Assembly (NCBI GenBank): GCA_963848135.1
Contig: CAWKCK010000005.1
Coordinates: 62,001-126,000, forward strand
From: an uncultured delta proteobacterium
Lineage (GTDB): Bacteria > Desulfobacterota > Desulfobacteria > Desulfobacterales > SG8-13
DNA: 64,000 nucleotides
Direction: 5' to 3'
Below are positions 50,839 to 59,532 of the stretch, piece by piece (the first letter of the stretch is position 1; each line of letters opens with the position of its first letter). The notes below the pieces were generated by a model. That model worked only from the letters and a program-made list of their open reading frames with translations. It was not told where the DNA came from and did no database searches. The position numbers and the translations under genes were made by a program.

Positions 50839-51951
50839 ATGAAAAAACATCTGGTTCTGGCCGGCGGCGGCCACGCGCACATGATGACCCTGGCCAACCT
50901 TAACCGGTTCGTGGCGCAAGGCCACCGGGTGACGGTGATTCAGCCGTCAGCGCATCATTACTACTCCGGCATGGGACCGGGAATGCTCGGAAAGACATAC
51001 GCCCCTGAGGAAATTCGATTCGCCACCCGCCACGTGGTGGAAAAACAGGGGGGTACATTCGTGTTAGGAAAGGTCGACCGGGTTGAACCGGAGAATCGGA
51101 ACTTGCACCTGGAATCCGGAGAAACCGTATCATACGATGTTATTTCTTTTAATGTCGGCAGCTATGTACCCCGGAACCACGGCGACAACTCCGATGGCGA
51201 TATCTTCACCGTCAAACCGATCGAAAAACTTCTCTTGGCCCAAAAGCGTATTCTCGAGCTTGTGGGCCGAAAAAAGATAACCATCGGTATCGTCGGCGGC
51301 GGACCGTCGGCAGTCGAAATTGCCGGAAACATCTGGCAATTGGCCGGAAAATCCGCTGGTCTCCCACCCACCATCCGTATCTATACCAGCTCAACACTCA
51401 TGCCAAACCATCCCAGCGGTGTGCGCCGCAAGATTGCCGCTTCGCTCGGCAGCCGCGGCATAACCATAGCGGAAAACAGCGCTGTTCAACAAATCGCTCC
51501 CGGACGGATCAATCTCGCTACTGGCGACGTTCACGAAGTCGATATTATTTTCGTCGCCGTGGGGGTCCGGCCATCGGCCGTATTCGAGACCTCCGGACTC
51601 CCGACCGGCCCGGACGGGGGTCTCGAAGTGAATCAATATCTTCAATGCGCGACCCACCCTGAAATGTTCGGCGGCGGTGACTGTATTCATTTCAAAGACC
51701 ACCCGCTGGATAAGGTCGGTGTTTACGCCGTGCGCCAGAACCCGATTCTTCTCCACAACCTTCTGGCGTTTATGGACGGCACGCCCCTGCAGCCGTTTGC
51801 GCCCGGCGGCGACTACCTGCTGATTTTTAATTTGGGCGGCGGAACTGGGGTGCTCCGGAAAAAATGGATCTTGTTCGGTGGGCGGCTTGCTTTCGTCATA
51901 AAAGATGCCATCGACCGTCGATTCATGCGCAAATTTCAGGCCATAGAATAA
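50839..51951 (+). CDS. FAD-dependent pyridine nucleotide-disulfide oxidoreductase (family found fused N-terminal to SelD)
   Basis: HLVLAGGGHAH, YYSGMGPG, VGGGPSAVE, GGGDC, GVYAVRQ. Confidence 0.85.
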   Translation: MKKHLVLAGGGHAHMMTLANLNRFVAQGHRVTVIQPSAHHYYSGMGPGMLGKTYAPEEIRFATRHVVEKQGGTFVLGKVDRVEPENRNLHLESGETVSYDVISFNVGSYVPRNHGDNSDGDIFTVKPIEKLLLAQKRILELVGRKKITIGIVGGGPSAVEIAGNIWQLAGKSAGLPPTIRIYTSSTLMPNHPSGVRRKIAASLGSRGITIAENSAVQQIAPGRINLATGDVHEVDIIFVAVGVRPSAVFETSGLPTGPDGGLEVNQYLQCATHPEMFGGGDCIHFKDHPLDKVGVYAVRQNPILLHNLLAFMDGTPLQPFAPGGDYLLIFNLGGGTGVLRKKWILFGGRLAFVIKDAIDRRFMRKFQAIE

Positions 51952-51980
51952 TCTCTTCGAGTGAAAGCCAGAGGTATGGA

Positions 51981-52130
51981 ATGATTTTAGGTCGTGTTTT
52001 TCAGCCGGACAAATCCATATCGGCAGGTGAGGTTCGTACGATCGTCAAGGACAAAAGAGCAGCAAAATATTGTCTTCTCGATGTCCTGATTTCGGCATTT
52101 GAACAGATCTTCGGGGTGAAGACGTCCTGA
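51981..52130 (+). pseudogene. Truncated rhodanese paralog
   Basis: MILGRVFQPDKSISAGEVRTIVKDKRAAKYCLLDV aligns with MRWKQFFTPVKSMDAVQAKNYLADKPSDAYTILDV, then similarity ends. Confidence 0.6.
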
Positions 52131-52161
52131 TGAGCGCCGTCCGAGGTCTCCGGACGGAAGG

Positions 52162-52650
52162 TCACGCCAACGTCGTCAGGTAGGCGTCGCGGGTGAGCCA
52201 CAATTCCTCCATCCGATACATGTGCCAGTAGTCGTGCATCAGAATGTGCCGGACCAGGATGGTGAATGAATACTGCTCGTACTCCGGGTGGATACCGATT
52301 TTTTGCCAAGCGCCCTCATCGGCTTTGCCAATCACCGCGAGTTGGGCGTCCCGGGAGCGTGCAAAGGATTCGAGGGCATCGGCCGCTTCCATCTCCGGCG
52401 GCTGATCGTCTTCTTCATTGTCGGCTGGCACATAGGGAATGAAAGCGGGTCGATCCTCATCTATAAACCGCTGCAGACGCTCTAAAAGCATCGGTTGGAC
52501 ATGCGCCAGATGGCTTGTGTGCTCGGCAATGGTCCAGAACCCGTCACCCCGGCGCTGATGTCTTTTTTCTTCCGGAACGGACTGCACAAAATCCATAAGA
52601 ACCCGGGGGGCGTGTTTGAGTCCCGCAATCAAATCAGTCATGTCAGGCAT
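52162..52650 (-). CDS. DinB-family protein
   Basis: WTIAEHTSHL, HILMHDYWH. Confidence 0.88.
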   Translation of the reverse strand: MPDMTDLIAGLKHAPRVLMDFVQSVPEEKRHQRRGDGFWTIAEHTSHLAHVQPMLLERLQRFIDEDRPAFIPYVPADNEEDDQPPEMEAADALESFARSRDAQLAVIGKADEGAWQKIGIHPEYEQYSFTILVRHILMHDYWHMYRMEELWLTRDAYLTTLA

Positions 52651-52914
52651 AGTAACCTCTTCTAATACCCAAGTTGTCCTCTGTACAGAGATAACGTGAT
52701 CGACGTTCGCTACGACGCCGTCGATAGTCATGATGCCGATCATAGCGGCGCACTGTTACATGATATAACGTGCGGCGGCAAATGCGACACTGTGTTACTT
52801 AACCCAGAAAAATTGGGTGATTTCACCCATCTCCACGGTTTCAAGTCGGGCCTCCCTGGCGCTTCGCACTCCTAACCTCCTGTAAATTAATACATAAATA
52901 AAACCCCATACCAT

Positions 52915-52929
52915 TGGCACCAATCTTGA
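52915..52929 (+). promoter_or_regulatory. Sigma-54-type promoter of pilin cassette copy 1
   Basis: TGGCAC-CAATC-TTGA, conserved in copy 2. Confidence 0.65.
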
Positions 52930-52975
52930 AAAGATTTCCTTCAAGATTGGGGGTCAACGGCTGTGGAGGATCAAA

Positions 52976-53134
52976 TTGATTTGCACCAAATGTTATCATC
53001 ACAAGTCTTGCCAGCGTAAACCCAATGGGGATGGCCGCTGCAGCTATTACCTCAAGAACGGTTCGGTAAAACTCGACAATAATTTTTCAATGGATGTCAA
53101 TCCAATGGATTTTGATGATGCCGACCCAAAGTAA
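52976..53134 (+). CDS. Small Cys-rich protein, 52 aa (cassette gene 1)
   Basis: GGAGG RBS, TTG start; ICTKCYHHKSCQRKPNGDGRCSYYLK; paralog at 58231-58419. Confidence 0.75.
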   Translation: MICTKCYHHKSCQRKPNGDGRCSYYLKNGSVKLDNNFSMDVNPMDFDDADPK

Positions 53135-53178
53135 GTGCCGGAAAGGAATGGCCGATACCCGTGAATAAGGAGATTCAT

Positions 53179-53370
53179 ATGACCAAGGTTGATGAGTTGA
53201 TTAACATTCTGTCCCATCATGACCACGCAAAGGCATTCACCAAAGCCAAGTCAAAAAGGGTCTGTATCATCTGCGGGCAGAAAGCCCAGCGCTTCAAAAC
53301 AGTCATGGCTCAATTCGAGTACAATAATTCCGCCATTTGCCAAAGTTGCCAGACGGAGTACCTGGCATGA
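53179..53370 (+). CDS. Small CxxC..CxxC protein, 63 aa (cassette gene 2)
   Basis: AAGGAG RBS; CIICG..YNNSAICQSCQ; paralog at 58024-58215. Confidence 0.8.
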   Translation: MTKVDELINILSHHDHAKAFTKAKSKRVCIICGQKAQRFKTVMAQFEYNNSAICQSCQTEYLA

Positions 53371-53747
53371 TACGCGCCACTACAAACGAAAAGGGGTTTA
53401 CGCTGATAGAGCTTCTGGCCGCTATGGTTATCCTATCGGTTCTGATATCGGTCGGCTTCAAGAAAGTAGACACGATATCCAGCGCAACCGAACAGAACAT
53501 GCTCACCCAGGGCATCATGGAGCTGAATACCCGCGAATCCTTGACGTGGTTTCAGGTCAAGTTGAGTCATCCGGGGTATGGCGGCGATGAGATTCTGTGG
53601 ACAGGTTTAAATACCAATCTCAGTTCGGGTTATATTTGGGAGGTGGCACCCACGCGATCCGGCGGAACACTTAAATTCGGTAGTCAGACATCACCTCTCA
53701 TCCGAACGTATTCAGCGAATGATCGGCCAGGCCAATGGTCACTTTAG
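53367..53747 (+). CDS. Type IV pilin-like protein (cassette gene 3)
   Basis: Prepilin motif EKG/FTLIEL; ATGA overlap with gene 2. Confidence 0.85.
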   Translation: MIRATTNEKGFTLIELLAAMVILSVLISVGFKKVDTISSATEQNMLTQGIMELNTRESLTWFQVKLSHPGYGGDEILWTGLNTNLSSGYIWEVAPTRSGGTLKFGSQTSPLIRTYSANDRPGQWSL

Positions 53748-53774
53748 CCCGCACATTTCATGAAATTTCCGGGT
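53747..53774. repeat. Collapsed family B element (fused TIRs)
   Basis: TA-GCCCGCACATTTCATGAAATTTCCGGGT-TA. Confidence 0.65.
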
Positions 53775-54280
53775 TATAGGTATAAATAATGGTCAAATTT
53801 CTCTCTATATTCCTCGGAATCCGGGCAGCAATATCGATAACTCCATTCCGGGCTATTTTGTGTGAAATTGATTCCGATGGAATTTCGATGGATGTTGTTG
53901 ACGATACCATCCTTGGAAATAAATGAACCGACGGGGTCACTACAGTAAATTTTAATCAAAACTTTTTGGCCCACCTGGAACAACTCCGGATAGTCTGCTT
54001 CAACACGAACACCCGAAACCGAGACATCTTCGATCAGGACAGACAATCCTGACAGAATTTCGGACAAATCCTCAATAATCACATGTCCTTTTGACCGAAA
54101 AACCGATCGTGAATATTGTCGTCTTTCCAAAAGTGCTTTGAAAATTTCACCACAGCGGCATTTAATTTTCAACCAAACCCCCTCGGATCTGTTCACACAC
54201 TTGTCGGTATCAATGGCCTTCTGAAAATCACATCGCGGACATTTGATAACGACCTTACTATTCTGGCCCGGATCTGCCAT
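53774..54280 (-). CDS. Zinc-ribbon plus PilZ domain protein
   Basis: CPRC..CRC; ERRQYSR and DVSVSG motifs. Confidence 0.85.
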   Translation of the reverse strand: MADPGQNSKVVIKCPRCDFQKAIDTDKCVNRSEGVWLKIKCRCGEIFKALLERRQYSRSVFRSKGHVIIEDLSEILSGLSVLIEDVSVSGVRVEADYPELFQVGQKVLIKIYCSDPVGSFISKDGIVNNIHRNSIGINFTQNSPEWSYRYCCPDSEEYREKFDHYLYL

Positions 54281-54449
54281 TCAAATCCCCATCTGCACAA
54301 TATCCATTAATTGTTATGGATGTTATCTGTGACGTTTTCGTGTTAATATTGACCTGGTTCTAAATTTCTAACGGCTGTCTTTTTTACCATTGACACCCGC
54401 AATCGACAATCATTTTTCGACTTTCAGATGCATAATTTCTGATAATATG

Positions 54450-54613
54450 ACCTAATTTGGGCGATTGTCGAGGTTGCCGCAGATACAAGGAAGATGTCGT
54501 TCCGTTATAGTCGGCTATGCGGGACGGCATAAGACGCCGTAGATGCGGCAAGATCGGCAATCCCGAAGCGGTTTCAAATTTTAAATTTAAAATTTGAAAC
54601 GCTCACTTCAGGT
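54450..54613 (+). mobile_element. MITE-like repeat family A, copy 5
   Basis: Full-length match; ends 6 bp before the kinase ATG. Confidence 0.92.
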
Positions 54614-54619
54614 AAGAAT

Positions 54620-56725
54620 ATGAATCTAATAATCAAAGCCCTCGTATTCATTTGGCTGACCAGTATCTGCATGCCGATTATGGACAGCCAGGCGGAAACG
54701 GTGACCATAAGGGTCGGGACCTACGACAATATACCGTTATCTTTCCAGGAGCCCGATCAGAAGGTCAAAGGATTTCTGGTCGACATCCTGGATCATATTG
54801 CCGCAAAAGAGGGATGGAAAATAATATATGAGCATGCCTCCTGGACAGCGTGCCTCAAGAAGCTTGAAAGCGGCGAAATCGATCTTCTGGGAGGAATTGC
54901 CTATACCCAGGAGCGCGATAAAAAATTCGATTACACCTATGAAAGTGTTCTGACGGAATGGGGCCAGGTGTATGTTAAAGCCGGTTCGCACATTGAATCG
55001 ATCTTGGACCTGAGGAACAAAAAAATTGCCGTCTTGATGGACGATCAACACTTTTTCTACCTTAAGAACCAGATGCGTCAATTTGGTCTGGAAAGCCGGT
55101 TCATCGAATCGTTTAGTTACGAAGATGTATTGGGTCTTGTCGACATCGGCAAGTGCGATGCCGGCCTTGTAAGCCATTTTTTCGGTTTCATCAATGCCGA
55201 GAAATATAAGATTAAAAAATCGTCCATCGTTTTGAGTCCTCAACGACTGTACTGGGCATCCCTGCAAGGAAAATTATCCCCTCTTCTCAATCAACTCGAC
55301 CTGAACCTGCGCCGGTTGAAAACCGATGAAAACAGCTACTACCACCGCAGTATTCAAAAATGGTTCGGCAGAGCCGATAAAAATTTTATGACCGAACAGG
55401 TACGGTGGGTATTGATTGCGATGAGTTCCGTACTTCTCATGGCCATCGGGATTATCGTCCTGTTTAAATCTCAGGTCAAAAATCGCACGATTGAATTGCA
55501 CAAGAAGAATCAGGCGTTGACGCAGGAAATCGAAAACAGGAAAAAGGGCGAAAAGGAGCGGGCCGCACTGGAAGCGAAACTTCAGCGGGCTGAAAAGATG
55601 GAAGCCATCGGTACACTGGCCTCCGGGGTGGCACACGACTTGAACAATATACTATCAGGAATCGTCAGCTACCCTGATTTGCTGATGATGGATTTATCGC
55701 CAAACAGTTCTTTGTATCCTCCGCTGCAAACCATCAAGGACTCGGGTGAAAAAGCGGCACGCATTGTCCAGGACTTGCTGACACTGGCAAGAAGAGGGGT
55801 TTCCAATACGACACCGATTAAATTGAATGATGTCATATCGTCCTATTTAGAAAGCCCCGAATTCAAAAAACTGCATTCCTTCCATCCCCGCATCAGGATC
55901 GAAACCATCCTGTCGCCAGACGTGCGCAATATCAAAGGGTCGGCGATTCATATCGCAAAAACCATCATGAATCTGGTGTCCAATGCCGCCGAAGCCATGC
56001 CCGACGGCGGGCAGTTAACCATTCGAACAGAAAACCAGTATCTTGACACACCCATCAGCGGCTATGATGACATCGCAGAGGGTAACTACGTGGTGCTGTC
56101 GGTTTCCGACGAGGGCATCGGAATCACCGCGGCCGACCAGGAACGGATCTTCGAACCCTTTTTTACCAAAAAACAGATGGGGCGCAGCGGGACCGGTCTG
56201 GGAATGACCGTGGTCTGGGGGACGTTAAAAGACCATAACGGATACATAGATGTTCAAAGCACGGTGGGATCGGGAACGACATTTAACCTCTACTTCCCCA
56301 TTACCAAAGAGGAACTTATAGCAGATAGTTTGAAAATCGAAATCGAGGATATCAGAGGCAACGGGCAGCGTGTCATGGTCGTGGATGATGTGCGTGAACA
56401 GCGGGAAATTACATCGTTCATGCTCAACAAACTCGGCTACGAGGTTTCGGTCGCTTCCAGTGGTGAGGACGCCATTCAACTCGTGAGCCAAAACAATGTT
56501 GATCTGATGGTTCTCGATATGATCATGGATCCTGGAATAGACGGCCTGGAAACCTTTAAACGACTCCTTGAGATCCAGCCCGGCATCAAGGCGGTCATCG
56601 CCTCCGGCTTTTCAGAAACGCAGCGAGTTCATGACGCCCAGTCCTTGGGTGCTGGCACCTATTTGAAAAAACCTTATACCATCGAGCAGATCGGATTGGC
56701 GCTTAAGGCGGAATTTGAAACCTGA
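54620..56725 (+). CDS. Hybrid sensor histidine kinase (periplasmic binding domain, HisKA, HATPase, REC)
   Basis: GFLVDIL/SWT SBP domain; AHDLNN; FEPFFTKK..GTGLG; VVDD, LDMIM, KP. Confidence 0.95.
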   Translation: MNLIIKALVFIWLTSICMPIMDSQAETVTIRVGTYDNIPLSFQEPDQKVKGFLVDILDHIAAKEGWKIIYEHASWTACLKKLESGEIDLLGGIAYTQERDKKFDYTYESVLTEWGQVYVKAGSHIESILDLRNKKIAVLMDDQHFFYLKNQMRQFGLESRFIESFSYEDVLGLVDIGKCDAGLVSHFFGFINAEKYKIKKSSIVLSPQRLYWASLQGKLSPLLNQLDLNLRRLKTDENSYYHRSIQKWFGRADKNFMTEQVRWVLIAMSSVLLMAIGIIVLFKSQVKNRTIELHKKNQALTQEIENRKKGEKERAALEAKLQRAEKMEAIGTLASGVAHDLNNILSGIVSYPDLLMMDLSPNSSLYPPLQTIKDSGEKAARIVQDLLTLARRGVSNTTPIKLNDVISSYLESPEFKKLHSFHPRIRIETILSPDVRNIKGSAIHIAKTIMNLVSNAAEAMPDGGQLTIRTENQYLDTPISGYDDIAEGNYVVLSVSDEGIGITAADQERIFEPFFTKKQMGRSGTGLGMTVVWGTLKDHNGYIDVQSTVGSGTTFNLYFPITKEELIADSLKIEIEDIRGNGQRVMVVDDVREQREITSFMLNKLGYEVSVASSGEDAIQLVSQNNVDLMVLDMIMDPGIDGLETFKRLLEIQPGIKAVIASGFSETQRVHDAQSLGAGTYLKKPYTIEQIGLALKAEFET

Positions 56726-56759
56726 TCGAAAGAATACAAAAAATTCGCCGCCATAAGAA

Positions 56760-56792
56760 AAGGGCCCGGAATTCGATCCGGGCCCTTCTTTT
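56760..56792. terminator. Bidirectional terminator
   Basis: AAGGGCCCGGA/TCCGGGCCCTT with A- and T-rich flanks. Confidence 0.8.
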
Positions 56793-56799
56793 ATCCTTT

Positions 56800-56847
56800 T
56801 GGTGATCCCAGGGGGATTCGAACCCCCGCTACCGGCGTGAGAGGCCG
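56800..56847 (-). tRNA. 3' fragment of tRNA-Glu(CTC), att site, not a full gene
   Basis: Minus strand CGGC-CTCTCAC-GCCGGTAGC-GGGGG-TTCGAAT-CCCCC-TGGGATCACCA; D-arm and 5' acceptor strand absent. Confidence 0.88.
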
Positions 56848-57007
56848 TATAAACGAATCGATCAAAAGCATGAAATCATTACAAATAAACGCAATATCAA
56901 TATGTTGAATGATTTTTTGAAAAAACCTGAGCGTACCTGAAAGTACCTCAAAATACCTATCTGAAGATGGTGCCTACTTCCTGTGTACTTCCATAAACTA
57001 TTGCTTA

Positions 57008-57292
57008 TCAAACACCGTTAATCTTCTTCCTCAATTTCCCCGAGACTTTAAACGTAACAACCCTTCTGGGTCTCAAAATCATCTCCTCGCCGGTCTCTGG
57101 GTTTCTGCCTTTGCGTTCCTTTTTTTCATTCACGCAGAATTTACCAAACCCGCTGACAAGGACGTCCTCCCCGGATGCCAGTGCCGTTTTGATGATTTCA
57201 AGAAGCCGCTCGACCAGTTCGGTGCTCTTTTTTTGAGGGAATCCGATATCCTGATGGACCGATTCGATGATGTCCGCTTTTGTGAGGGCCAT
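57008..57292 (-). CDS. ihfA: Integration host factor alpha-like subunit
   Basis: MALTKADI, SGFGKF, RKGRNPETG, RRVVTFK. Confidence 0.92.
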   Translation of the reverse strand: MALTKADIIESVHQDIGFPQKKSTELVERLLEIIKTALASGEDVLVSGFGKFCVNEKKERKGRNPETGEEMILRPRRVVTFKVSGKLRKKINGV

Positions 57293-57646
57293 TGTTGGTA
57301 TCCCTTGAGGATGATTGCGTAGAATTTGTTGATATTGTTCAGGATACTGAATCTGGGGAAAATTGTCAATTAATTTAGAATGTTCTGCGTCGTGTTTGCT
57401 TAGTCTATTGCTCCCTTATTAGAAATGGGATTTTCTTAATGGTCAGCAGGAAGCTGCAATGCCCTATAAAGTGGTAGTCCACATTAACAATCTGGGGCTT
57501 GCGATAGATGGGTTGTGCTGGTATCTACATGTAATCTAAATAAATTTTGCTATTTGCCAAGTATTATTACCGCTTAGAGACTTGGGGCATAGTCTGGTTT
57601 GATAACGATTAAGCTCAGCTTACGTTTGATAGAAATCTGTTTCTAA

Positions 57647-58027
57647 TTATGGAGACCAACTCCCTGGCTGTTCATAATTAGAAAATGTTCTGTCATAGGA
57701 TGATGATTGACTGCCGTAATTTAGCGTACCACCCAACCGTGTCGGCCCTGTTTCCCAAATATAACTAGTACTGAGATTGGTATCTAACTCTGTCCACAAA
57801 TTCTCATCGTTTTTGTATCCAGAATGACTCAGTTTGACCTGAAACCATGTCAAGGATTCACGTGTATTCAACTCCACAATACCTATGGTCAACATGTTCT
57901 GCTCGGACACACTTGTAACTGCCACCGCTTTTTTGAATGAAATGGATATCATTATAGAGAGAATGATCATAGTGGCGACCAATTCTATCAAGGTAAAACC
58001 TTTTTCATTCTTGGTGGCTTTCATCAT
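57647..58027 (-). CDS. Type IV pilin-like protein, cassette copy 2
   Basis: EKG/FTLIEL; colinear with 53367-53747. Confidence 0.85.
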   Translation of the reverse strand: MMKATKNEKGFTLIELVATMIILSIMISISFKKAVAVTSVSEQNMLTIGIVELNTRESLTWFQVKLSHSGYKNDENLWTELDTNLSTSYIWETGPTRLGGTLNYGSQSSSYDRTFSNYEQPGSWSP

Positions 58028-58215
58028 GACAAGTACTCCGTTTGACAACACTGGCAAATGGCAGAATTGTTGTACTTAAATTTCGCAAGTGGAGATTTAA
58101 ATTTTTCGGCTTTCTGATCACAAATGATGCATGCCTTTCTGGACTTTGCCCTTGTATATGCCTGACCGTGATCTCGCTTAGAAAGAATACTTATCAGTTC
58201 ATCAATCTTTGCCAT
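58024..58215 (-). CDS. Small CxxC..CxxC protein, cassette copy 2
   Basis: CIICD..YNNSAICQCCQ. Confidence 0.8.
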   Translation of the reverse strand: MAKIDELISILSKRDHGQAYTRAKSRKACIICDQKAEKFKSPLAKFKYNNSAICQCCQTEYLS

Positions 58216-58230
58216 TTGTAGCTTCCTTCC

Positions 58231-58419
58231 TCACTGGAGTCGTTCAACTGATTGCCTAATTTCTCCAACGTCTATTTCACTTGTATCCATTGGGTTCACG
58301 TTCACATCAAAGTCATTATCCAATCTAACCTTGCCTTTCTTTAGGTAATACCCGCAGCGGCCATCTATAGATGGTTTTCGATAGCAAGAATTTAGATAGT
58401 AGCATTTGGTGCAGATCAA
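58231..58419 (-). CDS. Small Cys-rich protein, cassette copy 2
   Basis: GGAGG RBS, TTG start; ICTKCYYLNSCYRKPSIDGRCGYYLK. Confidence 0.75.
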   Translation of the reverse strand: MICTKCYYLNSCYRKPSIDGRCGYYLKKGKVRLDNDFDVNVNPMDTSEIDVGEIRQSVERLQ

Positions 58420-58464
58420 AATATCCTCCACATAAATCGGATACAAAACTTTATCTGATACAAC

Positions 58465-58479
58465 TCAAGATTGATGCCG
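58465..58479 (-). promoter_or_regulatory. Sigma-54-type promoter of cassette copy 2
   Basis: Minus strand CGGCAT-CAATC-TTGA. Confidence 0.6.
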
Positions 58480-58916
58480 AAAGTATAAAATACATAAATA
58501 CGTTTGTATAACAATAGGTTAACTGGTGGGTAAGGTGTCTTTGAGGTTTTGATTGGAGGCGATTATGGGTGAAATGCCTCAGAGTATTGTGTCACGTACC
58601 ACACCGTAGCTTTTCCAAAAAAATAAGTATGTATAGTTTTGTCTGAATAACTTGATCGCCTGTATTTTGAAAAATCCTCAACATTTTGGGTAGAGCATTT
58701 CGACAATTACTACATATTGTGCCACCATTTTTAACAGTTGACAGATGATTACTTAAATATGACAATACTCAAAAAGTAGATGAACATTGTATTTGAATTT
58801 ACAATGGGTTATCTTTCTAAATTACTTTTCTTTCAGTTCATTCACAATTTAGATTTCCAGTTCAAAAGCCTGGTGCAGGGTAGTTCTTTCGAGTAACCGC
58901 CAACTTAGGAACAATC

Positions 58917-59108
58917 ATGCCTATCCCAGCTATTGATAACAGTGATAGACGACAAAGTAATGATAGACGTCAATTCTCCTATTTGATCCATATCCCTGAA
59001 AGAAGATCAGGGAAAGACCGAAGAAGTGGAAAAGATCGAAGGATGGATTTGACACTAAAGGAAAAAATTAGAAGAGAGAGAATGAGGAGATTTCATTCAA
59101 ACATCTGA
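58917..59108 (+). CDS. Small basic protein with DRR/ERR repeats
   Basis: DRRQSNDRRQ..ERRSGKDRRSGKDRR; TTGACA-17-GACAAT at 58738-58766; terminator near 59134-59162. Confidence 0.7.
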   Translation: MPIPAIDNSDRRQSNDRRQFSYLIHIPERRSGKDRRSGKDRRMDLTLKEKIRRERMRRFHSNI

Positions 59109-59532
59109 TAGATTGTTTAAATTAAGCGAAAAGAAAGGCAGGGCCTTGCGACCTGCCTTTTTATTTTAGCCTTTCCAAACACATTCGAGCTTAATGCATC
59201 GGGGGATGATACAAAAATACTCATGCTTTTGGTTTGTGTTACTGTAAAAATACACCGCATCCCTCGTTACTATAGCTTTGAACACCACGGGATTTTCAAG
59301 GTAATCTAAGCTCTTAGCAAACATCTTGGCGGTATTGAGATCAGAGGTCCATGATACACCCGCTATGCTCATTGCTGTCCCTTTACCAGCGACACCCCTG
59401 TATAACGTGAAATTTTCCCCATCCGGTATCGGATCGCCCTCGGCTTCAAGTGACGTTCTGTCTGCCATTGTAAGTAATAAATGGAGTGTGTCGAGTGATA
59501 TATGATGAAGGTTTATAGGGGGCATCGTCAAT

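Noticed and set aside
53368..53370. Sec read-through at this TGA and at 58024-58026
   Set aside because: Explained by ATGA translational coupling; not at a catalytic Cys position
53367..53747. Conductive e-pilin assignment
   Set aside because: Aromatic residues alone do not support it; length and context differ from Geobacter PilA
726..54613. CRISPR array or integron attC interpretation of the repeats
   Set aside because: Copies are dispersed in both orientations among housekeeping genes; no spacer periodicity, cas gene, intI or RYYYAAC/GTTRRRY ends
56800..56875. Functional tRNA-Glu gene
   Set aside because: The 5' acceptor strand and D-arm are missing
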